Part shown: piece by piece, positions 1 through 9,778 of the stretch
How the letters are laid out: each line of letters begins with the position of its first letter
How positions within the stretch are numbered: position 1 is the first letter of the stretch
NCBI GenBank assembly: GCA_963702095.1
Contig: OY969706.1
Coordinates: 1,664,001 to 1,728,000, forward strand
Source of the DNA: Candidatus Bathyarchaeota archaeon
GTDB lineage: Archaea > Thermoproteota > Bathyarchaeia > Bathyarchaeales > Bathycorpusculaceae
Reading direction: 5' to 3'
DNA length: 64,000 nt
The notes under the pieces: model-generated
Databases searched by the model: none
Told to the model about the DNA's origin: nothing
The model's input: only the letters and a program-made list of their open reading frames with translations
Position numbers and translations under genes: made by a program

Positions 1-257
1 ACGCTGGGTTCCTCAGTCGCCATCGGGATGAGATAGTCTTTGCCGTTAATTTGAAAGTTAACTGCGACACCCATGGGTTCGGGGAAGACGCCGATGAGGT
101 TCTCCACCATGTGGTCGGCGACATCGAGGGGCAAAGAGCAGGACTGCTGCAGAAGCCCTTTTTCTTCTTCGGTTAAGCCTGCATAATCCGCAACAAGCGT
201 TAACCGCTCTTTGGGTGATAATTTGTAGAAGCCTGAGATCACTGATGACTTAGCCAT
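1..257 (-). CDS. hmgA: HMG-CoA reductase (class II / degradative type), N-terminal part; runs off window
   Basis: Manual translation from ATG at 257: MAKSSVISGFYKLSPKERL...ADHMVENLIGVFPEPMGVAVNFQINGKDYLIPMATEEPS. The ENxIG and PMATEEPS motifs are typical of class II HMGR. Not in ORF track. Confidence 0.9.
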   Translation of the reverse strand, partial: MAKSSVISGFYKLSPKERLTLVADYAGLTEEEKGLLQQSCSLPLDVADHMVENLIGVFPEPMGVAVNFQINGKDYLIPMATEEPS

Positions 258-316
258 ACCAGTCACTTGGCGTACATGGGGTTTTTATGCTTTTAAACTT
301 AATCCAAACCAACGTG

Positions 317-1345
317 TTAAAGCGTGGTTTGTCCGTGGCTTTTAGGCAACGCCACCGCTGAGATACCGAGGCGCTTGCAGATTTCTTTGGCTAACGCGTC
401 GCCGTTGCTGCGGTAATTATCGGTTATGACCTGTTTAGCGTGGGTGCGCCGTACATACTCGATTAACCCGTCGAAGTCACTGTGGTCGCTGAGCGCAACG
501 AGGTATTCGCGGTCGCCGATTTGTCGACAGGGCTTCTGGAATTCCCAGCCGCTTACACAGAGCCGCGCATTATGCAGCCCCACGTGTGACCGCTGGTTCA
601 TGTGGTAGAAAGCGACACAGGGCAAATTACCATCCAACAGTTCCCGCCCCTCAGGCGTGGCGCTGTGCATTATGCAGCCGAGGTTCATGCCGTGTTTCTC
701 ACAGACTTTAGTGACTTCAAAGACACGTTCAGGCAAGACAAACGGCACCTCCACGTCGGCGTTGCGCAGCAACTGCATGACTTCTTGGAGTTTGCCATGG
801 TAACCGAACACGTAAACCGCGCCGCCCCGCAACCGACGCTCAACCATCTCCACCAGCAACCCCCGCACATCCACGTCAAAGTTGCGGCGGCACGACGGAC
901 TACCGTAGGTGGCTTCTACAACTAAAACATCGCAGTCCACTGCGTCTGTGCCTTCTAGGCGGAAATCACCGGACCACGCGATACGGATGCCGCCGGCGTC
1001 TTCGACGAGCACCTGTGATGCACCCAAAATGTGGTCGGCTCGCAGCAAGCTGATTTTTTCGTCTTTATACTTCAGCACTTTGCCGTATTCGAGGGTGCGG
1101 ATGCATTTGTCTCGGAGTTTGAGGTCGTTTAGGGTTTCGCAGAGGTCGCGGGTGGCTTTGGTCATGACTACTTTTTCGCAGCACTTAACGCTTTTGCGTA
1201 AGCCGTAGAGGTGGTCGGCGTGGGCATGCGTTACCACACGGAGCGGTCGGGTGGCGTCGAACGCGTCGCAGGCGACATTGTCCCCTAAGAGGACTGCGCC
1301 GTTTTTGGTTACAAGTGCCCGCTCAGCCAAACCGGTATCCTTCAA
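317..1345 (-). CDS. Metallo-beta-lactamase / beta-CASP fold nuclease-like protein
   Basis: Motifs THAHADH, HILGA, GDF, EATYG, SDHSD. Start uncertain (ORF extends to 1372). Confidence 0.8.
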   Translation of the reverse strand: MKDTGLAERALVTKNGAVLLGDNVACDAFDATRPLRVVTHAHADHLYGLRKSVKCCEKVVMTKATRDLCETLNDLKLRDKCIRTLEYGKVLKYKDEKISLLRADHILGASQVLVEDAGGIRIAWSGDFRLEGTDAVDCDVLVVEATYGSPSCRRNFDVDVRGLLVEMVERRLRGGAVYVFGYHGKLQEVMQLLRNADVEVPFVLPERVFEVTKVCEKHGMNLGCIMHSATPEGRELLDGNLPCVAFYHMNQRSHVGLHNARLCVSGWEFQKPCRQIGDREYLVALSDHSDFDGLIEYVRRTHAKQVITDNYRSNGDALAKEICKRLGISAVALPKSHGQTTL

Positions 1346-1346
1346 G

Positions 1347-1745
1347 TCAAGTTTTTTCTGCCAGCCACTCAATCAACTGAACTGGGCTGTCTGTCTCGAT
1401 GGTGAAACGTATGGGTCCTAAGGGTGATTCAGCGGTTTCCTCAGAGAATGAGACGTGTCCGGCATAGGCGACTTGTTTGTTTAGGAAAAATTTTAAGGCG
1501 TTGCCTCGGATAGATTTGAAAAGTAGCCTTCTAGACGCATCCCTAACGCGGTCATTGCGCATTATGTTACGCAGTTTAATCAGGGAATCTTGCCCTTTTG
1601 CCTCAGCAAATAGAGTACTGCCGCGTTGCTCCGGCTTTACAGTGATTGCTGCATTACCCAAAACATTGTTAACTGCCACACGGACTTTTTCCTCGCTTTC
1701 TGTGGGGTTGATTTCTGTTTCAACGAAAACCGTCACTTCAACCAT
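1347..1745 (-). CDS. UPF0201 (DUF54) putative RNA-binding protein
   Basis: INPTESEEKV..AV.N and LNKQVAYAG motifs. Overlaps the UPF0200 gene, a common archaeal pairing. Confidence 0.8.
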   Translation of the reverse strand: MVEVTVFVETEINPTESEEKVRVAVNNVLGNAAITVKPEQRGSTLFAEAKGQDSLIKLRNIMRNDRVRDASRRLLFKSIRGNALKFFLNKQVAYAGHVSFSEETAESPLGPIRFTIETDSPVQLIEWLAEKT

Positions 1746-2299
1746 TTAGCTTCGATACTCCCAAAATTTTCCTTAACCAAGGCTTTGAAGCCTTCAACAC
1801 TGTTATCGTTCACCAATACTTTCTCAGACATCGCTATAACATTTCCCAACCCCACACCCAACTCGCGGCTGTCACGTTCATGGAAAACCGCGTAGTTTTT
1901 GGGGTCGTCGCTTCTGCCGCGGAGTCTGAGGCGTTCAAAACGAACTTGCGGAGGCGCATGCACCGAGACAAGCGTGAATTTTACAAAATGCTCCCTGAAA
2001 ATGTCAGCTTCAAAGAGGCTGCGAAGTCCGTCTACTAGGACGCGGTTGCTGGGTTGCTCTTCGATTTTGGGGATGCATTTTTTGGCGATGACATAGTTGC
2101 CTTCTTCCGCGCGGAGTTCAAGCATGACTTTGCCGATGTTCTGCGGCGTCGGCTCCAAGCCGCGCAGGCGGGTTTGCTCTCGCACTACGTCGCCCATCGT
2201 CACAATGTCGTAGCCCATTGCCTTCACGGTTTCAACAACAAGTGATTTCCCTGACCCAGGCATACCGCCTAAGCCGACGACAAGTTTGCCAGCGTCCAA
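1733..2299 (-). CDS. UPF0200 dephospho-CoA-kinase-like P-loop kinase
   Basis: GMPGSGKS Walker A, MGDVVRE, VDGLRS, RGRSDD, RD.RELG.G motifs. Confidence 0.85.
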   Translation of the reverse strand: MDAGKLVVGLGGMPGSGKSLVVETVKAMGYDIVTMGDVVREQTRLRGLEPTPQNIGKVMLELRAEEGNYVIAKKCIPKIEEQPSNRVLVDGLRSLFEADIFREHFVKFTLVSVHAPPQVRFERLRLRGRSDDPKNYAVFHERDSRELGVGLGNVIAMSEKVLVNDNSVEGFKALVKENFGSIEAKWLK

Positions 2300-2354
2300 T
2301 GTAGTTTACCCTTTTTTTGGTTGTATATCAGTCCTTCACTAAAAAGCATTTACA

Positions 2355-2939
2355 TTACCAGCTGTCTCTTTTAGCGCTCAACACCCTCTGCTGTTCCTTT
2401 TCAAGTTGACGATACAGTTCTTTTTCCTCAGGCAACACAATCCTAAACGCCCCATCGATCTTCCGCACAAAAGGCACCTTGACATAGCGGTCTTTCCTAC
2501 ACACCGGCGAATACTGCACCACCACATACTTCGAAGCCTGCGCCAAAACTTCCCCAGTTTCCCACTTCTCCGATAGCTCAACTTTGATAACATGTTCTCC
2601 TTGTTGGATTCCAGTCATATCCAAAGTTATTGGAAACATTAAATCATCACTTAAAAGCCTGCTAGGCGGTATGGCGACTATGTAGGTATTCACTTTGGCG
2701 CCGTCAAAATACAGATCCAGCGAGAGATTAGAAAAGTGCAGTCTGGATGGTAGCAGGTGAAAACCCACTGTTAAATCCAATTCGTCTTCTTTTGTGGCGT
2801 GGCTGAGTTGAATCACTATTGATTTCTCTGGCTTAGGCTCCTTTTTGTTGTCGGTGTTTTTGGGTAGGTTGTCAAAGGTAGCTTGTTTGGCTCTTTTGAT
2901 GTCTACAAGAGTTTTCTCCCTAATCCGCTCCTTCTTCAT
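2355..2939 (-). CDS. Hypothetical protein
   Basis: 194-aa ORF with plausible composition, co-oriented with the downstream operon. No recognised motif. Confidence 0.6.
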   Translation of the reverse strand: MKKERIREKTLVDIKRAKQATFDNLPKNTDNKKEPKPEKSIVIQLSHATKEDELDLTVGFHLLPSRLHFSNLSLDLYFDGAKVNTYIVAIPPSRLLSDDLMFPITLDMTGIQQGEHVIKVELSEKWETGEVLAQASKYVVVQYSPVCRKDRYVKVPFVRKIDGAFRIVLPEEKELYRQLEKEQQRVLSAKRDSW

Positions 2940-3130
2940 ATCTAGCGCTACCTCTGGTACATACCCGATAAGTGATTAAGTGTATTTAGCCTATGCCTAA
3001 TTTAAGATAAGTTGGTTGCGTGAATGAGAAACACCTATGAAGGCACCTTTTTTTTTAACGCGGTGGATCAAAGGTTTGGTTAAGTGATGTTTTTACCTTT
3101 GCGTTTAATTATATCAAGGGGGGCTTGGTT

Positions 3131-3262
3131 CTGCTTGCGGATTTGTCCACAACCAAGCGGCAACCCAACCCGACGCAGAAGCAAAAAAGCAATCGCCCTA
3201 AGAACTCACTGGAAAAAGAAGAGTAAGGGGCACTCTGCCTTTATCCAACAATAAAAAAACAA
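3131..3262 (+). repeat. Dispersed intergenic repeat family B, copy B1
   Basis: First 25 nt (ctgcttgcggatttgtccacaacca) are identical to the reverse complement of 17569-17593. Colinear similarity continues for about 130 nt to ctctgcctt.atc.aaca. Confidence 0.85.
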
Positions 3263-3520
3263 AAAAACCAATTTTGATCGACCTTTAAAGAGGACCAGCC
3301 TATCGATGGATCTTTTTTAGCGTAGCTAGACAACGATCATTAGAGGATGTATTGCCCACACAAAGACAAAAAACATAACTACTAGAAAAACCGCACACAC
3401 CCCGACTCAGCCTATATCTAAATTTTCTTAATATTCATTATAAAACATGTTATAAGCTAGAAATGCCATAAACATCAGCAAGCTTACTCGGTTGAGAAAA
3501 CAGTGGCAGGCTAAAAAATA

Positions 3521-4984
3521 ATGGAAAATACCCCAAACCACCCGCCAAAGCATCCACCAAATAAAACCCAGCAGAAACCTCGCACTGGCAAAACTGAAGC
3601 TCTCATTATCGGCTTGGTCTTAGCAATAGTAGGTTCCATAGTAGCCAGTTCCTTCGAGAAGGGCACCCTTACAAACTACGCTGGCTTCGGAATGCTGCTT
3701 GTCGGCATTGCCTCCTTTGTAGTTGGAGCATGTTTCATATTTTCCAGAAGCCTCGAAGATCGGCTGAGAAGAGAGAAACCTGATTTCTGCAGGGGCAAAA
3801 AGCAGCTACCCATCTGCATCAGCATCTGGGCTATAGGCGCCGGGTTAATCCTCGCAGTCATCGGTTCAATGTTAGCCAGCACATACGATAGAGCACTACT
3901 AATGAACACCATGGGTTTTGGCATGTTGCTAGCTGGAATCGGAGTGTCGGTTCTGGGTTTATCCAGTGCAGCGTTGGGCACCGTTAGAATCGAGTTAAAT
4001 CATGACCAGCAGTCAAAAGTGAAAGCGCCAAGAATGCTCTTCTTCAACATCGTCGCCCTCGGTTTAGGCGTCGTCTTTTTAGTTGTCGGCACCATCTTAT
4101 CTGGGTCATATGCAAAAGAAACCTTGCTCAACGACTCAGGTTTCGGCATGCTAATCTCCGGCGTCGCTGTTCTATGCTTGGGCGCCTCAGGAACCGCAGT
4201 CGCCATGCTTCAAGCACGGTTCTACTCGGCAAACGAAGACACAACCGAACCCCCTTCCCGAAGAATATTCGGCAGCATATGGGCAATCGGCATAGGAACA
4301 ATGCTTCTTATCATCGGTTTAATTCTCACAGGGAACTACGAGAAGAGTTCAATGATGAATTACGCAGGCTTTGGAATGCTTCTATCGGGCGCCGGCGTCT
4401 TCGTTTACGGTTTATTCGAAACCGCCAAAGCCTCCGCCATGGGCTACCTAAACTACAGGCTTACCCGCAGCTCTGTTAAGCAAGCACCAAGATTTGAGGA
4501 GAAACAGCTGAGCCGTATGGCGCAGATTAGGGTTTTCTGGAAAAACATGGTGCGAACAAGTGCAGTGTTCAACCTTGCCGGGGTTGTTTCTGCGGTCTGT
4601 ATATTGTTCTTTAGTCTCTGGCAACTGGACCTAATCGTTTCAGGGCCTGTTTGGTGGTCCTCACAGGAATACGGCGTAGGATATGGCTGGTCGCATCCAA
4701 ACGGAGCGTACTCAAACGATTACTTTCAATGCTTCTTCTGGAAGACAACCATTGGACAGGCATATGACACCCTGTTTATGCTGATATTCATCTCATTTAT
4801 GGTGTTGTTTTTAAGCGCTTATTTCTGGCCTAAACAGGACCACAACATCACGTTGAAGCTAAAAGGAGCCGAGATGCCATCTAAAAAACACCCGACTAAA
4901 CCGAGGAAAAGAAAAACCAAACCTGAACCAGCGGCGCAACCGACTGCAACTACCGCGGCTGAAGATAAAACCGTTGGGGCATAA
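3521..4984 (+). CDS. Multi-pass membrane protein built from four internal repeats
   Basis: Repeated motif NYAGFGMLL / NTMGFGMLL / NDSGFGMLI / NYAGFGMLL between paired hydrophobic helices. Confidence 0.75.
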   Translation: MENTPNHPPKHPPNKTQQKPRTGKTEALIIGLVLAIVGSIVASSFEKGTLTNYAGFGMLLVGIASFVVGACFIFSRSLEDRLRREKPDFCRGKKQLPICISIWAIGAGLILAVIGSMLASTYDRALLMNTMGFGMLLAGIGVSVLGLSSAALGTVRIELNHDQQSKVKAPRMLFFNIVALGLGVVFLVVGTILSGSYAKETLLNDSGFGMLISGVAVLCLGASGTAVAMLQARFYSANEDTTEPPSRRIFGSIWAIGIGTMLLIIGLILTGNYEKSSMMNYAGFGMLLSGAGVFVYGLFETAKASAMGYLNYRLTRSSVKQAPRFEEKQLSRMAQIRVFWKNMVRTSAVFNLAGVVSAVCILFFSLWQLDLIVSGPVWWSSQEYGVGYGWSHPNGAYSNDYFQCFFWKTTIGQAYDTLFMLIFISFMVLFLSAYFWPKQDHNITLKLKGAEMPSKKHPTKPRKRKTKPEPAAQPTATTAAEDKTVGA

Positions 4985-5371
4985 GCATAAAACAAGTTTT
5001 TGGTTACCGTCTTTATGGGTTGTTCTATTGTTTGGTGTAGGGTTGCTGGACAAGTCCCAAATAGAGTATCGTCATATACACTGCTTATATAGTTTGTAAA
5101 CAGCAAACAACCGTGGCTAACCAAGCAAGAGGGGCAGCCAACGGGGGACAAAAAAATGTTCGTAGAATGTGCCGTATTAATCGTAAGTATGAGCAGTTTT
5201 GCAGGTATGTCCGCATTGATAACGCATCGGTCAAGAAATGTTGTACGAAAAATAAACGTCAACACGCTGAAACTAAACGAGACAACAAGACACCAAAGCC
5301 GCTTCGATTAGGCACCTCTTTTTTATATTACACTGCTTTTCTAAATACCACACCTATAGAAGTGCATATTC

Positions 5372-6124
5372 ATGGTCTGCTCAATCGACATACTAGAGAA
5401 ACCCCAACTCAAAGACCCCATACTCATCGAAGGCTTACCCGGCATCGGATTCGTAGCCAACATCGCCGCCCTACATCTCATAAAAGAACTTAAAGCAAAA
5501 AAATTCGCCCAAATCTTCTCATCAGCCTTCCAAGACTTCGCAGTCACAACCGAAGACGGCGGCGCACGCTCCCCAATAAACGAACTCTACTACGCCAAAC
5601 GCAGCGACGGCGGACGCGACCTCATCATCTGGTACGGCAACACACAGGCACTCACCACGGTTGGGCAATACGAATTAGTCGGCAAAGTCCTCGATATAGT
5701 GAAGGATTTAGGATGCAAATTTGTGATTTCCATCGGCGGCTTCAAAAAAGACGAGGTTCAACCGATACCCGCCATCTACAGCACAGCAACCGACCTTGAC
5801 ACGATGCAGCAGGCGCTGGATTTAGGCACCAAAATCATGGTTGGGCATGTGTTTGGCATTGCAGGGTTAACGGTTGGTTTAGCACGCCTCCGCGACCTCA
5901 AAGGTTTCTCGCTGCTCGTCGACACATTGGGCATGAACCCCGACGTCAACGCTGCAGAACACGCGTTGATTCTTTTGGGGAAATACCTCAAGCTTGACAT
6001 AGACTTTTCTGGAATTGAAGAGAGCGGTGAAGAAATCAAGAAAATGCTGGAATCTTTCGGTATAATTCGGAGTATAACAGAAGAAAAGAAAAAGGAAGAG
6101 CAGCAACTGCGTTGGTTCATCTAA
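5372..6124 (+). CDS. PAC2 family proteasome assembly chaperone
   Basis: EGLPGIGFVA N-terminal motif, ISIGG, G.AGL..G motifs. Confidence 0.85.
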   Translation: MVCSIDILEKPQLKDPILIEGLPGIGFVANIAALHLIKELKAKKFAQIFSSAFQDFAVTTEDGGARSPINELYYAKRSDGGRDLIIWYGNTQALTTVGQYELVGKVLDIVKDLGCKFVISIGGFKKDEVQPIPAIYSTATDLDTMQQALDLGTKIMVGHVFGIAGLTVGLARLRDLKGFSLLVDTLGMNPDVNAAEHALILLGKYLKLDIDFSGIEESGEEIKKMLESFGIIRSITEEKKKEEQQLRWFI

Positions 6125-6543
6125 GCTTTGACTTCACTCATGAACAGTGCGTAGACCTTGCTTACGCGGTCTGCGGCTGGTCCTGAACCTTCTACGACGC
6201 CTTTCTCAGTTAACTTTACTTTGTCCATGACCCATATGAAGCCTTGGTCCTCGTAGAGTTTAACCATGGTTGGGAAAACTTTTTCCAGTCTGTTTGCTAA
6301 GGCTTTGAGGTCGAAGGGTTTCTCCGCGCTGGCAATTGACATAACTATGGCGCCGTTTAGGACTAGGCGGTTGAGGAGTCTACCCAATTCATCTTTAACG
6401 TCTGCTAAGGTTAAGCTTAGGTTGTCAGGGTTTATGCCGACGAGTGTGCCGTTGAAGGTTTTTCCGTTTGTGGTGACTACAGCGACAGTTCTATCTGCTA
6501 ACGCTGCCACTTCGGTAAAGTATTTTCTTTGCGCTACAGACAA
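6121..6543 (-). CDS. Lsm/Sm-like RNA-binding protein with C-terminal extension (SmAP3 type)
   Basis: Sm1 motif V.V.TTNGKTFNGTLVGI...LSLTL followed by FDLKALA.RLEKVFP C-domain. Confidence 0.85.
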   Translation of the reverse strand: MSVAQRKYFTEVAALADRTVAVVTTNGKTFNGTLVGINPDNLSLTLADVKDELGRLLNRLVLNGAIVMSIASAEKPFDLKALANRLEKVFPTMVKLYEDQGFIWVMDKVKLTEKGVVEGSGPAADRVSKVYALFMSEVKA

Positions 6544-6700
6544 CTTTCAATTTCTCCTTCTTGGTTACATGAAATTGCACTTCAACTATTTATCTCCACC
6601 GACCTCTAGAGGGATGACTACTCTGCAAGGCTGACTAATAAGGGAGTGTCGAGGCTTTATGCGTGTAATAGTGCATGGGGGTTAAGCAATAGAAAAGTTT

Positions 6701-9280
6701 TCAACCAAACAGCTTTTTCAATGCGTTCCAGCGGTTACCTGAAGCCTGTACAACTCCATTGGCAGGCTCGCTTAAGTTTAGTTGCCGTTTCCTCCTTACG
6801 CCGTAAAATCTAAACACCATTAGTGCAATCAAAAGGGTGACCAAGCTGATAATTACTGTTTCTAAAATCATGCTCAGGCTTGTGGCTTGCTCAGTTACTG
6901 TTAGAACCGCAGTGTCAGTCAGTCCATTGTATGTTGCTACAACGTTGTAAGAGCCTGCATTGGTTGCTTTAACTGTGTTGCCCTCCATGGGAGCGCCGAC
7001 AAAGTCAAAGTTAGTGAACGAAGTTACGTCGCCTAAACTGTTGCCTAATTGGTCATAAGCTGTGGTTGTAAAGCTTTGTGTTTCTCCTGCTCTAACGGTC
7101 GCTGTTTTTGGACTAATTACTATGTGGTCAACTGTTGAACTAGCACTTACCGTCAAGCTTGCCGTGCCTGCTATATTATCTAGTGTTGCCCTCACAGTCC
7201 ACGCACCGGCATTGGCAGAAGTGTACTTACCGGTGCCTTGACTCCAAGAACCGCCTGCAGCCACATCAATACTCCAAGTGACCTGACCGGTAACAATCCA
7301 AGTGTTGTGACCGTCTGACGCCAAAGCCTCAAATATCTGAGACACGCCCGCAATGATTGATGTTGACTTGGGTGACACTGTGATTGATGTGATGGCTCCA
7401 TGCGGAGTTGTGGTTGAAGTTTGCCCATTCACGTTTAGCATTGCGGTATCAGATTTTCCGCCGTATGTTCCTGTGATAGTGTATATGCCCTTTACGTTGG
7501 AGTGGGCAGAGTTGCCAGAAATGATAACGTTAGAGTCTGGACAGCTATAGACTGCATCGACTGACCAATTGTTACCGCATGTGTCAAATGCAGTAGCGAT
7601 GTAATTCTGTGCAACGCCTTGATTAACTGTCACGATTTTCGGAGCTATAACGATGTAGTCAAGGTAAGCCGCATCTGTAGCATGAGTAACGGTAAGATCG
7701 ACGGTGGCGGTTTTGCCATTATAAGATGCGTGTATGGTGTAGGTGCCGACTGTGTGGGATGTGTAAATGTTACCAGTCCAGAGACCCCCGTCGCCTCCAG
7801 AGGGGATACTCCAATCTGCCAAGCTGCTTATGTCCCAGCTATTGCCAAACGAGTCGTATGCCATGGCAATGCCAGCAACATCATGTGGTGCAGCAACAGT
7901 AGTTTGGTTCAAAGAAGCAGTTATGTGGTCCAGATGTTCAACGTCGGCTGCATGGGTAACTGTCAAACTAGCCATGGCGGTTTTACCGTTGTATGAAGCT
8001 TCCACAGTGTAGTCGCCAGCGTTCTTTGATGTGTAAATATTCTGTGCCCAAACACCTCCGTCGCCTCCTGCTGGAATACTCCAAGTTGCCAGATTGCTAA
8101 CATCCCAACTGTTTCCGAATTGGTCGTAGGCTGTAGCTTGTCCTGTGACTTGGTCGGGGGCAGTCACGGTTGTGGGGTCTATTGAGGCAACTATGTGGTC
8201 TAAATATGAGTCGTCGGATGCATGTGTTACTGTCAAGTCGGTGTTTGCGGTCTTGCCACCATAAGAGGCTTCTACTGTGTAGGTTCCTGCTTTGCTTGAA
8301 GTGTAAACATTCTGTTGCCAGGAGCCGCCGTCATTACCCGCGGGTATGCTCCAAGTGGCGTCTGTGCTTATGTCCCAACTGTTTCCGAGGGTATCAAAGG
8401 CGGTAGCTGTGCCAGTAACCGTGTTGGGAGCAGTTACCGTGGTTGGATCTACTGAGGCGGTAATGTAATCTAATTGTTCTTCATCTGTCGCGTGTGTAAC
8501 GGTCAAACTTGTAGAGGCTGATTTGTCTCCGTAAGTTGCCTGCACGGTGTAGACGCCTGCAGTGTTTGGTGTGTAGATGTTCTGTAGCCAAGTGCCGCCA
8601 TCGTTACCTGCAGGAATGCTCCAGACAGCGCCGGTGCTGATGTCCCAGCTATTGCCGTAAATGTCATACGCTGTAGCTGTTCCTGTAACAGCGTTTGGGG
8701 CCTCAACGGCCGTTGGATCAAGAGAAGCAGTGATGTGATCAAGCGTCTCGGGGTTATCACTACCAACAACGACTAAGGTAGCAGTATCGCTCCGTCCATG
8801 ATAAGTAGCAGTCACCAACCATGTCCCCGTATTGTTGACTTGTACAGAACTGCCTGTCCAAGCATAAATTCCGGCACTGCCGTTGATACTCCAAACTATG
8901 CCATTAGAGCAAGATATGTCCCGGCAGTTGCCATAGGCGCTATAAGCAATGGCTTTGTACTCCTGGGACTGCCCGGCCATAATCGTCGCGGTTTTTGGGG
9001 TGATACTAATGTGGTCTATGCAGACACAAAGAGGATTGCGAGTAGAGGGGTGATTGAGACAGCAATAGAGCAGGTTAAAGAATCTAGTAATAAAAAAGTT
9101 TGAGCTAGAGAAATTAGGCAACTCGTAATTTGAAGGGATGATAGAGTGTTGAGTTTGGTAATCGTATACGTTTGGGGCTGATACTGTTGTTAAGTCACCC
9201 TTTATTGGACTTGCAGAAACAAACAGTTGAATGAAGATCACTGAAATGACGGTTATTGCAAAGATAGTTGATTTCTTCAA
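6701..9280 (-). CDS. Surface-anchored protein with tandem Ig-like (Big_2-like) repeats
   Basis: Signal peptide; about 8 domains with D(H/Y)I...P.....A.A(Y/F)D..GN.W...W.....G.YTV.A.Y.G...TA.LTV pattern; C-terminal TM plus RRKR. Confidence 0.85.
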   Translation of the reverse strand: MKKSTIFAITVISVIFIQLFVSASPIKGDLTTVSAPNVYDYQTQHSIIPSNYELPNFSSSNFFITRFFNLLYCCLNHPSTRNPLCVCIDHISITPKTATIMAGQSQEYKAIAYSAYGNCRDISCSNGIVWSINGSAGIYAWTGSSVQVNNTGTWLVTATYHGRSDTATLVVVGSDNPETLDHITASLDPTAVEAPNAVTGTATAYDIYGNSWDISTGAVWSIPAGNDGGTWLQNIYTPNTAGVYTVQATYGDKSASTSLTVTHATDEEQLDYITASVDPTTVTAPNTVTGTATAFDTLGNSWDISTDATWSIPAGNDGGSWQQNVYTSSKAGTYTVEASYGGKTANTDLTVTHASDDSYLDHIVASIDPTTVTAPDQVTGQATAYDQFGNSWDVSNLATWSIPAGGDGGVWAQNIYTSKNAGDYTVEASYNGKTAMASLTVTHAADVEHLDHITASLNQTTVAAPHDVAGIAMAYDSFGNSWDISSLADWSIPSGGDGGLWTGNIYTSHTVGTYTIHASYNGKTATVDLTVTHATDAAYLDYIVIAPKIVTVNQGVAQNYIATAFDTCGNNWSVDAVYSCPDSNVIISGNSAHSNVKGIYTITGTYGGKSDTAMLNVNGQTSTTTPHGAITSITVSPKSTSIIAGVSQIFEALASDGHNTWIVTGQVTWSIDVAAGGSWSQGTGKYTSANAGAWTVRATLDNIAGTASLTVSASSTVDHIVISPKTATVRAGETQSFTTTAYDQLGNSLGDVTSFTNFDFVGAPMEGNTVKATNAGSYNVVATYNGLTDTAVLTVTEQATSLSMILETVIISLVTLLIALMVFRFYGVRRKRQLNLSEPANGVVQASGNRWNALKKLFG
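7680..8750 (-). repeat. Four ~270-bp (90-aa) coding tandem repeats within the Ig-like protein
   Basis: Units LDHITASLDPT / LDYITASVDPT / LDHIVASIDPT / LDHITASLNQT, each containing WSIP(A/S)G.DGG.W..N.YT. Boundaries approximate. Confidence 0.85.
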
Positions 9281-9778
9281 CTTAACACCTCAAACTTGGA
9301 AAGTTTTGTGTTCCAGTGGAGGTTAAGCATCATGGAATAATGTAGGATTGGTTGAACTGCCTTCATTGAACCCTCTCTCCAGTTACTAGATACCAATTCC
9401 TAGTTGTTATCTGATAGTCATTTATAAATATATATACAAGCAATCAGAATAATTCGATTTCAAAATATCATTTGACAGAATTTGTATCAAAAGCTAATTA
9501 TTATATGCAATTTATTGGTTATACAAATAATAATGATCCTAAATCCTTCATTCGTTCAAATCGATCGTAACAAAAAATTACTAAGCGATAGCCCCTTTTT
9601 GGATTCTGTCTACCACTTATTAGTTAAGCTACAATGCTCACCAACTTGAGATGAACCTCTTCTAAAGTAGAGCTATCGCTTTTAAGATAACCATTTTGGC
9701 ACATGCTCATGCTTATATTTACAAAAATCTTAAGTGTAAAAAAGATAATCACTATGACGCAGGTGGGAAGAGGGAGAA

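Noticed and set aside
5005-5060. Possible further collapsed A/B derivative (reverse complement ggacttgtccagcaaccc...acccataaag)
   Set aside because: Matches are too short to distinguish from chance by eye.
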